DNA of 64,000 nucleotides from an uncultured Verrucomicrobiae bacterium (GCA_937775205.1 CALKBX010000013.1:15648-79647), one strand, 5' to 3'; shown: positions 10,806-18,710, numbered from the stretch's first letter. Numbers and translations: made by a program. Notes: a model not told the origin generated them from the letters alone.

Positions 10806-11056
10806 CTCAAAATCTGCCGCTTAAATTAACAGTAAATGGAGAAGTGCATCAGGATGCGAGCACGGCCATGCAGATTTTTCCGGTGGCTGCTGTGATTGAA
10901 TTCATTTCCTCTTTTGTGACCTTGGAACCCGGTGACATTATTTCCACGGGGACGGCCGCTGGGGTAGGGCACGCCAAGGGAGTTCACTTGAAATCGGGTG
11001 ATCAGGTTGAGGCCAGTATTGAAGGGATCGGAGCCTTGAAAAACACGATGGTCTAA
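10799..11056 (+). pseudogene. FAH 3'-end fragment, copy 3
   Basis: PNPQNLPLKLTVNGEVHQDASTAMQIFPVAAVIEFISSFVTLEPGDIISTGT...LKNTMV* in one frame; begins back-to-back with the ADH fragment. Confidence 0.9.
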
Positions 11057-11069
11057 TGATGTTCGACCA

Positions 11070-11119
11070 TCACCTCAACACGGTGGGGGTCAGTGGTTCG
11101 AGCCCACTACCGCGTGCCA
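11070..11119 (+). pseudogene. tRNA-Val 3' half
   Basis: TCACC-TCAACAC-GGTGG-GGGTC-AGTGG-TTCGAGC-CCACT-ACCGCGT-G-CCA followed by a T run; anticodon reads AAC; no D arm. Confidence 0.8.
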
Positions 11120-11160
11120 TTTTTCCTAACTCTGTATGACAGGGTTAAATGAGAACTGCC

Positions 11161-11277
11161 TCACTCAGGCCACTTTTCGCACTGTTGTTCAGTCCAGTCT
11201 TTACCTTTCGCTTCCTGCGCGAAAGCGTTGAAGCAAAAACTCAATGTAACAATCGTAGTAATAACTGCTTTCTTCAT
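11161..11277 (-). CDS. 38-aa small secreted protein or truncated gene
   Basis: MKKAVITTIVTLSFCFNAFAQEAKGKDWTEQQCEKWPE*; GAGGA ribosome-binding site about 8 nt upstream; signal peptide with AFA cleavage site. Below the ORF-track cutoff. Confidence 0.5.
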   Translation of the reverse strand: MKKAVITTIVTLSFCFNAFAQEAKGKDWTEQQCEKWPE

Positions 11278-11333
11278 GTATCGTTCCTCGTTAAATATTT
11301 TTGGTTAGAGTCCAAGTTTTGCGCCTTCGCTGC

Positions 11334-11426
11334 CTAGAGCGCGCTTACGCCCCAGAGCTTCGAAAGCTTCTTGCAGTGGATCACGATCGCCTTGTATTTC
11401 GACAGGTCCGTCCCCGCCGGGATATT
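11334..11426 (-). pseudogene. DM13-domain C-terminal remnant
   Basis: NIPAGTDLSKYKAIVIHCKKLSKLWGVSAL* matches the DM13 C-terminal pattern IPxGxDLSxYxxVVIWCxxFxxxFGxAxL; no intact upstream part. Confidence 0.55.
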
Positions 11427-11482
11427 CCTGCCATGGCATGTACTTTCCTGTCTCGAAGTTCGGTCGACCCATTTTTGGCGGA

Positions 11483-14400
11483 TTATTTGCCTTTTTTACG
11501 CTTGGCTCCTTCGCGTTTTTTGGCCATTGCCGCCTTGTACTTCTTCAATTGTTCTTCGTCCAGAATCTTGGCGAGACTGGCATGGAACTTCTTCCCGACA
11601 GCCTGTATTTTTTTGCGATCCTTTGATGCCTGCGCTTCCTTCATCAATGGCTGCATCGTTTTTTGGAGCTCCTGGACTTGCACCTTCTGTTCCTGGCTGA
11701 GACCAACGCCGGCGAACCGGTCAGGGCGGTTGCCTTTTCCCTTCTGATTTTCAGGTATTGCCTCCGCTCGAACAGGCAATTGTTTCGCGGTAGTAGATTG
11801 ATCATCGGTGGCGTCCGCCATGATTTTGAGGTCGTCAATTTCAATGCCGCTTTCGCCACCGTTCAGCATGAACAACAGCATGTTTTTTCGGAATGCAAAG
11901 CCAGGGCGCTGGAGGGATTTTGTCCAGCGATTGTTGTCCAGTCGGATCACCACGCGGTCGCCCTTAAAGACAAGTTGCAGGTTGTGCCAGTTCTTGTCCT
12001 GTAGGTCGACGGCCTCTGGTTTGAGTCTCTCTTCTACCCGATAGGCGCCACTGACTTTATCAGGTGGCCTGTCCTCCTTCTGTGGGCTTTGCTTTCTCCG
12101 CCGAGCGAGATTCTTGAGCAGTTTCGGATCTTTCGGGTTCTTCGTATGCGCATCGACTTGAATCCGCACCGAGTTTCTCAACAACGCCACCCGCAGCATA
12201 TGATCTTGCCCACCAAAACCATCGTCTCCATCGATAAACAGCCAGAGCATCCTGCCGTCGCCCAAATGCCTATAGCGAAAGGAAATGGAGCAATCGATTT
12301 CATCGATGGGAATGCCGACAAATGGCGGATATTTGCCGCCGCTATGGCCGCGGGTCCACATAGCGCCATTGCGTATCGTCGTGTATTCGGGGCTGAACCT
12401 AAGAAAACGGCTGGGATCGACTTTGTCGAAGGGCTCGTGTCCTTTGAACAGTTGCTTGATCGATGCGTCGGCAGGCGATTGGACATTCGTGTCCGTACTT
12501 CCCGAAACAGGTTGAAAACCCGCGCTCCTTTTCAAAACGTCACTACCTTTGGGTTCGCTGTAGAGATTATTCATAAAAGTTCGGCTGGAGATCAAATCCA
12601 GAACCAGCCCCTTGAAGCCGTCACCATCCAGTCGAGATTGCGTGACGAGTTGTTTTACTTTTTGCTTTTCCGAATAGTTCAAGACGCGGCCAGTCGCGTA
12701 GGTAAGCAACTTTTCTGACAAGCAGTTGCCAAAGTAATCGACGTTGGCAACAAGCCACCGCTTAAAGGCGGCAGCATCCTTAATTCTGGTACCGTCGAAG
12801 AGCACGCCTGAAGCGTCGATGGGCTTTTGGGTGGCGGGCCAGACCTGCCGCCACTTACCGACGGGATCGTAATTTTCCAACATAAAGCCGACGGGGTCGA
12901 TGAGTCGGTGGCACGATGCGCATGATGCGTCGGTGGTGTGTTTGGCCAGGAGTTCCCGTGGCGTGGTAGCGCCCCGGGTATCCGGCGTAAGGGCGGGGAC
13001 GTCCTGGGGCGGCTCCGGCGTCGGCATACCTAAGACGTTTTCCAAGACCCAGGCGCCGCGCAATACCGCTTGCGTATCGACGCCGTTAGCCGTTGCCATC
13101 ATCACAGCGGATTGCCCCAATATCCCGCCGTGGCGATGCCCCTTGGGGAGAGCGATGCGTTCCAGCTTCAGACGATTTATGTTTTCGATAGATTTGCGTT
13201 TCGGACCCGGACCCAGCCCGTAGATTCGGTGGGAGAAACTTGGCGTCGTATAGGTAAAATCCGGATCGATGAAGGTGCTGACGGGCAGATCTTTTGAGAG
13301 AATCTCGCTGAAGAAGTGAAACGTCTCCCGCTTGGCCGTTTCCGTATCGAGTGCTGAAAACTTGAATTTGGGGTCCGGCATGATGTCGTCGAGATCTCCC
13401 ACGTTGAGCCATTGACTGACAAAACTGGTAATCATCGGCGCATCGTACGTCGTGGGCATTAAGCGTTTGGCTTCGGCACGCAAAATCTGCGGATTCCGCA
13501 ACTGCGACTGGGATGCGAGCTGCAACAAGCGGGCATCTGGTGGTTGCTTCGTGAGAAAGTAGGATAAACGGGCGGCCAGATCGAAATCGTCGAGCTGATC
13601 GCCATTGTAGGAACGATACAAGAATCGCGGCGATATGAGAATCTTCCGCAGCAGCAGATGCATGGTCACGTCCGCATCATGCCCTTCGGAAAACGAGTGT
13701 TTAGCGATTTTCATATAGGTCGCGATGGTTTCTTCGCTGACGGGACGCCGAAATGCGCGCGGCAAAAATTGACGCAGAAAAGGCTCGATCATTGCCTCTC
13801 CAGAGCCTTTGCCGGCTGGGATGCCGAGTACCTTGAGTTTGAGCTTCGCTGCCGTTGCCTCGGATCGAGAGGGAATCAACTTCAGCGGTCCAGTGACACT
13901 GGCTGCATGCAGCTGCAGAGCGGGACCGTTTTCGAAATAATCCGGGGCAAGGAACTCGTAGAATCGCCGAGAAAACGGAAGTTTGTCCTTGGCGCCTGGC
14001 GGATTCCGAAAAAACCGAAAGATTTTAGCCGTGGTTTTGGGGTCGCGAGCTGCGGCGCTGACGTCCAGCTTTGGATCGTTCATCTGGTTCTGAAAGTGCT
14101 GCCACCCCTTGCCAAGTCCGCGGACGACTGATTGGTGAGATGTGGCAAGAGGGCCAAAGGTGGCGTTCCATACCGCGTGAAAGCGCTTGTCTATTTTGAA
14201 ACGTTCACGCAGGTGCGCTTCTAAAGGTTCGGCTTCAAAATCAATGGGAGCATTCTTGAAGTGAAAGATCAGGGTCTGCCCAGCATATAGATCCGCATCA
14301 AAGTGAACGATCTTGGGGGTCCTGGAGTCCACCCTTATTTCTTTTAGAAGACGAAACTTCTCGTAGCCAGCCCGGGGATTGGTGGTGCTTTCGGTTGCGC

Positions 14401-15304
14401 GAACGTGGAGTATCATCGGTTCCCGCATGAAATTGCCTCGTTTTGCATTGAAGGCCGACGTTTTAATTTCGATGCGGTAGGTGCCGGCCACTTTGGCTTC
14501 GAACTGATCCAGCCAGGTGCCGCTGAAAGCTTTCAAGTCTGTGCGGCTGACGAGGCGCAGCGCATCACCGTGAATGGAGGAGGCAGAATAGCTCTTGGCC
14601 ATGTCTTTCGGGCCGGCTTTGTGGGTTGTTGACTGCAGATCTCGAGACCGCTTGCGGGGATAAAAGAGGTCGGCAAACGTTTCGGCAGTTTCGGAATAAG
14701 CTTCCAACAGATCGGGAGAGGTAACCAGGCCTTCGCTGAGGTTGTCGAAACCGTGAAGCTCGTTGTCTTCTGGAAAACCCAGCGGCAATTTGGCCCCTCC
14801 CTGTTGGAACAGCGCCCGCATGGTGTTGCGGTATTCGTCGCGACTCAATCGGCGTGCTTTGGTGACGCCAAAGATTGGCGTCTCAGACAATTCTTTTGCA
14901 ATCCAATCGCTAAATTGCGTGCGCTCCGCTTCTCTTGGTTGTGACTTTTTCTTCGGCGGCATCAACTTGTCGTGATTTGCGCCAAGCACCTTTTCCCAAA
15001 AAACGCGGTCTACCTCCTGGCCCCAATCGACGACGTCGCGTTCAAGATTGACGTCGCCTTTCTCGGAGTCGCTGTCATGACAGTCGATGCAATAACGATT
15101 GACGTAGTCGTGGACAAACGACGGAACAGGTTCCGCCTGCGAAGCTTCGTTTATCACCTTAACCTGTACTCGAGGAGTATCAAGCTGATGACTTGCCGAT
15201 GGCTTCCCGCACCCAAATACAAAAAGGCTAAATAGAACTGTAATCGTCGCGACAAGCAGGTGAAGCCAGAGGCTCGCGGCGTTGCGAGTGTGTATAACCG
15301 CCAT
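11483..15304 (-). CDS. Lipoprotein cytochrome c / DUF1587-1592-1595-1588-1585 protein with extra beta-sandwich and Spy/CpxP-like C-terminal domains
   Basis: Lipobox LFVFGC; CIDCH and CASCH haem motifs; ARRLSRDEY, LAARLSYFL and GGILGQ motifs; about 330-aa C-terminal extension. ATG overlaps the DUF1552 stop (TAATG). Confidence 0.85.
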   Translation of the reverse strand: MAVIHTRNAASLWLHLLVATITVLFSLFVFGCGKPSASHQLDTPRVQVKVINEASQAEPVPSFVHDYVNRYCIDCHDSDSEKGDVNLERDVVDWGQEVDRVFWEKVLGANHDKLMPPKKKSQPREAERTQFSDWIAKELSETPIFGVTKARRLSRDEYRNTMRALFQQGGAKLPLGFPEDNELHGFDNLSEGLVTSPDLLEAYSETAETFADLFYPRKRSRDLQSTTHKAGPKDMAKSYSASSIHGDALRLVSRTDLKAFSGTWLDQFEAKVAGTYRIEIKTSAFNAKRGNFMREPMILHVRATESTTNPRAGYEKFRLLKEIRVDSRTPKIVHFDADLYAGQTLIFHFKNAPIDFEAEPLEAHLRERFKIDKRFHAVWNATFGPLATSHQSVVRGLGKGWQHFQNQMNDPKLDVSAAARDPKTTAKIFRFFRNPPGAKDKLPFSRRFYEFLAPDYFENGPALQLHAASVTGPLKLIPSRSEATAAKLKLKVLGIPAGKGSGEAMIEPFLRQFLPRAFRRPVSEETIATYMKIAKHSFSEGHDADVTMHLLLRKILISPRFLYRSYNGDQLDDFDLAARLSYFLTKQPPDARLLQLASQSQLRNPQILRAEAKRLMPTTYDAPMITSFVSQWLNVGDLDDIMPDPKFKFSALDTETAKRETFHFFSEILSKDLPVSTFIDPDFTYTTPSFSHRIYGLGPGPKRKSIENINRLKLERIALPKGHRHGGILGQSAVMMATANGVDTQAVLRGAWVLENVLGMPTPEPPQDVPALTPDTRGATTPRELLAKHTTDASCASCHRLIDPVGFMLENYDPVGKWRQVWPATQKPIDASGVLFDGTRIKDAAAFKRWLVANVDYFGNCLSEKLLTYATGRVLNYSEKQKVKQLVTQSRLDGDGFKGLVLDLISSRTFMNNLYSEPKGSDVLKRSAGFQPVSGSTDTNVQSPADASIKQLFKGHEPFDKVDPSRFLRFSPEYTTIRNGAMWTRGHSGGKYPPFVGIPIDEIDCSISFRYRHLGDGRMLWLFIDGDDGFGGQDHMLRVALLRNSVRIQVDAHTKNPKDPKLLKNLARRRKQSPQKEDRPPDKVSGAYRVEERLKPEAVDLQDKNWHNLQLVFKGDRVVIRLDNNRWTKSLQRPGFAFRKNMLLFMLNGGESGIEIDDLKIMADATDDQSTTAKQLPVRAEAIPENQKGKGNRPDRFAGVGLSQEQKVQVQELQKTMQPLMKEAQASKDRKKIQAVGKKFHASLAKILDEEQLKKYKAAMAKKREGAKRKKGK

Positions 15305-16545
15305 TATGCTTCCCACAACGAGTTTAGGTTTCGCGAGGCGTTGGAGAAACGCTCGCACTCGATTCCCAGCCGCTGCTGCAAAGAAATGAAGAGATCACCC
15401 AACAGGTAGGGGGCACGAGTGCTTGGGTCGACCGCAACGTGGCGACCGTGCTTGCCGCCGCCGCCCGCCACCAAGCTCGGGAGATTTCGATTCGAATGAC
15501 GACTGGCGTCTCCCATGCCTGTTCCAAGAAAAACCAAGGTGCTGTCGAGAAGTGGCCGACCCAGGGCGTCTTTCTTTTCCTTTAACTGGTCCAGAAAGCC
15601 GTTGAAGCGCTTTACGTGCTCGCGCTCGATCCGGATCAGGTCGCGAATTCGTGAGGGATCGTTGCCGTGATGAGACAGCGTATGATAACCTTGACTGAGG
15701 GACTCGCCCTCGAGTTCGAAAACCGGGCCTCCGCCGCCCAACTGCATCGTTAAAACGCGACTGGAACCGTTTTGGATGGCCAGGGCGATGAGATCATACA
15801 TCAGCGTTGAGCACTCCATCTGTTGTCGCGGCGCTACCGGATCACTGTCTGGAAGTTTGTAGCTGGTGGTCGGTACGGGATCGTTGATCCGCGCAATTCG
15901 CGTTTCCAAGCGCTTCTCCACGCTGCGTAGCGAGGTGAAGTATTCGTCCAACGCGCTTTGGTCACGGCGCGAGACTGTTTTCTGAAGTCGATTGGCGTCT
16001 TCCAGCACATAGTCCATGGCCGACTTCCCGCTCCGCAGAATGTGCTCCTGATGCTTCTGATCGGCTTGCGAAATGAACATTTTCTTGTAAAACACCGATG
16101 GTCGTCTGATGGCGGGCAATCGTGTTCCCTGCTTCGAAAAGCTCATCGGAGCGGCACTGCCTCCGGCGACTAGCTGAACAGAGCTGAAACGACAGCTCGT
16201 TCCGATTTGGTCGGCGATCATCTGATCCAGGGAGTAGCTGCCAACCCTTTGGCCGCAGAGTAAGTTCGCCCAATAGTTGTGACCATTGGGCGCCTGATGA
16301 TCCAAGCCCGAGAAGATTGTGAAGTCCCGACGATGTCCGGCAATGGGTTCCAGTATTTCCGGCATCGTATAGTTGGCGCCAGCCTCTTTGGGATAGAACC
16401 CCTTTTGATACCAACCAAGGTTGGCTCCAATGGCGACAAAAGCTTTGGCCTTTTTTGATGCATCTTTAGGGGCTCCAAAACTCTCAAGAGCCGGGAGGGC
16501 GATGCATACGCCGAGTGATGAGAGAAATTGCTGACGTGATATCAT
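15304..16545 (-). CDS. DUF1552 family protein
   Basis: SLDQMIADQIG, YHTLSHHG, LGTGMGDASRHS and NLPSLVAGG motifs; degenerate twin-arginine N-terminus (ISRQQFL). Confidence 0.9.
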   Translation of the reverse strand: MISRQQFLSSLGVCIALPALESFGAPKDASKKAKAFVAIGANLGWYQKGFYPKEAGANYTMPEILEPIAGHRRDFTIFSGLDHQAPNGHNYWANLLCGQRVGSYSLDQMIADQIGTSCRFSSVQLVAGGSAAPMSFSKQGTRLPAIRRPSVFYKKMFISQADQKHQEHILRSGKSAMDYVLEDANRLQKTVSRRDQSALDEYFTSLRSVEKRLETRIARINDPVPTTSYKLPDSDPVAPRQQMECSTLMYDLIALAIQNGSSRVLTMQLGGGGPVFELEGESLSQGYHTLSHHGNDPSRIRDLIRIEREHVKRFNGFLDQLKEKKDALGRPLLDSTLVFLGTGMGDASRHSNRNLPSLVAGGGGKHGRHVAVDPSTRAPYLLGDLFISLQQRLGIECERFSNASRNLNSLWEA

Positions 16546-16719
16546 GTGGCGGCCTCTGTCTCTAGCGCTTGGTCATTGTGCTCAATGCACAGGGTCTGAA
16601 TTGATCGGTGGTGTGGAGTAACGGCACAAACAGTACTCTTGTGGCTTCTTGTTTTCTGTTATCCGTAGCAGCCGGCAAGTTCATGAACATGAACCTACCC
16701 AGTGAGCTCTTAAAGCTAT

Positions 16720-16755
16720 AGAATGAAACGGTTTGTTTTTTAGATGAAATCGGCG
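16720..16755 (-). promoter_or_regulatory. Candidate AraC-type tandem operator
   Basis: Minus strand CCGATTTCATC and CCGTTTCATTC with TTTCAT cores 21 bp apart, upstream of the DUF1552 operon. Confidence 0.3.
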
Positions 16756-16762
16756 TCAGGGG

Positions 16763-17497
16763 CTATCTGGCCCGATGTGATTTACGGTAAGTAAGAGGGG
16801 TTGTTTTCATGATACGTGAGAACTCACGGGAGAGGTGGCTTTGATCCGAGAAACCACAGCGATGGGCAACTTCAACAAGCTGGTGACTGCTATGACTGAG
16901 GAGATAACATGCTTCATGCACGCGGAGGTGCCGGATGTAGCTCCGTGCCGTCATATGGAATGCTTTTTTAAATTTCCGTTCAAAAGCACTGAGTGAAAGC
17001 CCGACTTCCTTGGCGAGTTCGGAGATTTTGATGGTGGATGCAAATTGTTCTTTCATCACCCCGAGTGCTGGGCCGAGTTCTCTATCAATATCGATTCCTA
17101 AAGTTCCCAAGGCAAAGGGACGAGTGGCCCCGGCGATGGCTTTGATGGTGCCATCGGGAGCGCGGAGCGGGATTTTCGTGGTAGTCGACCAATCGACAAA
17201 TCCACCGCCACTAGGAACGAGTTCAACTTTGTTTAAGATGGGCATTCCTGTTTCCAGGATAGTGCGGTCACTTTTGGCATAGCCGTCGGCCATGGATAGA
17301 GAGAAAAAGTCGTAGTCAGTTTTGCCGATGACCTCCTGAGCATCTTTGCAACCAAATTTCTCCACTAATCGTTGGTTGACAGCCACAAAGCGGAACTGGG
17401 TGTCTTTGACAAAATAGAGAAAGCCTTCGATATGATCGAAGAGGCTCTCGCCATGGTCTGTCAGGCCGTTGGATGTGAAAAAATCGTGATCGCTCAT
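16763..17497 (-). CDS. PAS-domain AraC family transcriptional regulator
   Basis: N-terminal PAS (FVKD, VIGKTDYD, KIPLR) and C-terminal double HTH (LAKEVGLSLSAFERKFKK, CGFSDQSHLSREF). Confidence 0.92.
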   Translation of the reverse strand: MSDHDFFTSNGLTDHGESLFDHIEGFLYFVKDTQFRFVAVNQRLVEKFGCKDAQEVIGKTDYDFFSLSMADGYAKSDRTILETGMPILNKVELVPSGGGFVDWSTTTKIPLRAPDGTIKAIAGATRPFALGTLGIDIDRELGPALGVMKEQFASTIKISELAKEVGLSLSAFERKFKKAFHMTARSYIRHLRVHEACYLLSHSSHQLVEVAHRCGFSDQSHLSREFSRIMKTTPLTYRKSHRAR

Positions 17498-17507
17498 GGT
17501 TATCGGA

Positions 17508-17520
17508 CATTGGTTCGAGC
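17508..17520 (+). pseudogene. tRNA T-arm remnant
   Basis: CATTGGTTCGAGC directly abuts the ADH stop, mirroring 10448-10460. Confidence 0.5.
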
Positions 17521-18645
17521 TTAAAATAAAATCACCTGCCGGGCAACTTCACCTTTGTGAAGTCGGTCAAAGCCCTCGTTTATTTCTTCCAACTTGATGG
17601 TGTCAGTGAGTAGCTTATCCACCGGTAATTGGCCGGCATGAAACATCTCAATAAACTTCGGGATATCACGGCTCGGCACGCAGCTTCCCTGATAGGAGCC
17701 TTTCACCGTTTTCTCCATCGCACTGAGCGACACGGCGGACACGCTGAATTGATGTTCCGGATGCGGCAGGCTGATGGCGATGGTGGTGCCGCCGCGCGCG
17801 GTGGATTCGTACGCCTGCACCAGCACCTTCGCGTGGCCGGCGCTTTCGAGGGCGATTTCCACGCCACCGTGGGTGAGGTCGCGGATGGCTTCCACGGGAT
17901 CGCACTCGGCGGCATTTACGGTGTGTGTCGCGCCGAGGTTGCGGGCCATCTCGAGTTTTGATTCCAGTAAATCGACGGCGATGATTGTGCCCGCGTCGCA
18001 CGCCTTCGCGCCCATCAACGCGGCAAGCCCCACGCCGCCGAGGCCGAACACCGCGACCGATTGGCCGGGGCGAATGTCAGCGGTATTCATCACCGCGCCG
18101 GTGCCGGTCATCACCGCACAGCCAAAAAGCGTGGCGTGCTCGAAAGGCAAGTCGTTGTCAATCTTCACCAACGAGCCGGGCAGGGCGATGGTGTATTGCG
18201 AATAACCGGACACGCCGCAGTGGTGAAAATACGATTTGCCGTTGCGGCTGAATCGTTGGGCGCCATTCAACAACGTGCCGGCGTTGTTGGCGTCCATCCC
18301 CGGTTCGCAAAGGGAAGGGCGGCCTTCGGCGCAGTAGCGGCACGCGCCGCAGCTGGGGATGAAGGTGAAAACCACGTGGTCATCCGGCGCAAATCCGCGC
18401 ACGCCTTTGCCCACTTCGCGCACGATGCCGCTGGCTTCGTGGCCGAGCACCATCGGCATGGGTCGCGGTCGCGCGCCCTCGATGACCGATAAATCCGAGT
18501 GACATAGCCCCGCGCCTTTCACCTCCACCAACACCTCGCCTTCGCCGGGGCCTTCGAGTTCCAATTCCTCGATGACCATCGGTTGCGAGTCGGCGTAGGG
18601 CAATGGCCGTTCTGTTTTGTGCAGCACCGCGGCGGTAGTTTTCAT
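17521..18645 (-). CDS. Zinc-dependent alcohol dehydrogenase (MDR, class III-like)
   Basis: GLCHSD, GHEASG, structural CxxCxxCx7C and Rossmann GLGGVG motifs; start MKTTAA at 18645. Confidence 0.95.
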   Translation of the reverse strand: MKTTAAVLHKTERPLPYADSQPMVIEELELEGPGEGEVLVEVKGAGLCHSDLSVIEGARPRPMPMVLGHEASGIVREVGKGVRGFAPDDHVVFTFIPSCGACRYCAEGRPSLCEPGMDANNAGTLLNGAQRFSRNGKSYFHHCGVSGYSQYTIALPGSLVKIDNDLPFEHATLFGCAVMTGTGAVMNTADIRPGQSVAVFGLGGVGLAALMGAKACDAGTIIAVDLLESKLEMARNLGATHTVNAAECDPVEAIRDLTHGGVEIALESAGHAKVLVQAYESTARGGTTIAISLPHPEHQFSVSAVSLSAMEKTVKGSYQGSCVPSRDIPKFIEMFHAGQLPVDKLLTDTIKLEEINEGFDRLHKGEVARQVILF

Positions 18646-18710
18646 CGGCGGGAGGATTGGGTAAATCGCAGTGGATTGCAATTGCCCAACGTTTGGGGCA
18701 GAGTGAGCGG

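Larger units (their letters stand above)
10541..17600. mobile_element. 7,060-bp integrated unit bounded by ADH direct repeats (putative integrated circle)
   Basis: 10539-10664 and 17599-17724 are identical at 123/126 nt at an offset of exactly 7,060. Flanking parts of the two ADH copies show reciprocal codon styles. Confidence 0.65.
2933..17724. mobile_element. Accessory island / recombination hotspot between FAH and ADH genes
   Basis: Duplicated FAH and ADH 3' ends, tRNA-Val fragments, gene remnants, accessory cargo and visibly more A/T-ending codons than the flanks. No integrase or transposase inside. Confidence 0.75.

Noticed and set aside
9839-11119. Split tRNA-Val joined by trans-splicing, or a tRNA with a 1.2-kb intron
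   Set aside because: Both halves contain the anticodon arm, their anticodons differ (GAC vs AAC), the acceptor strands mismatch, and I see no complementary leader/trailer or group I intron core. Attachment-site scars fit better.
16560-16692. About 42-codon minus-strand ORF between AraC and DUF1552
   Set aside because: No RBS, signal or composition support; the region looks like promoter and leader.
2933-17724. Integron cassette array
   Set aside because: No IntI gene, no recognisable attC sites, and cargo lies on both strands with its own promoters and regulator.
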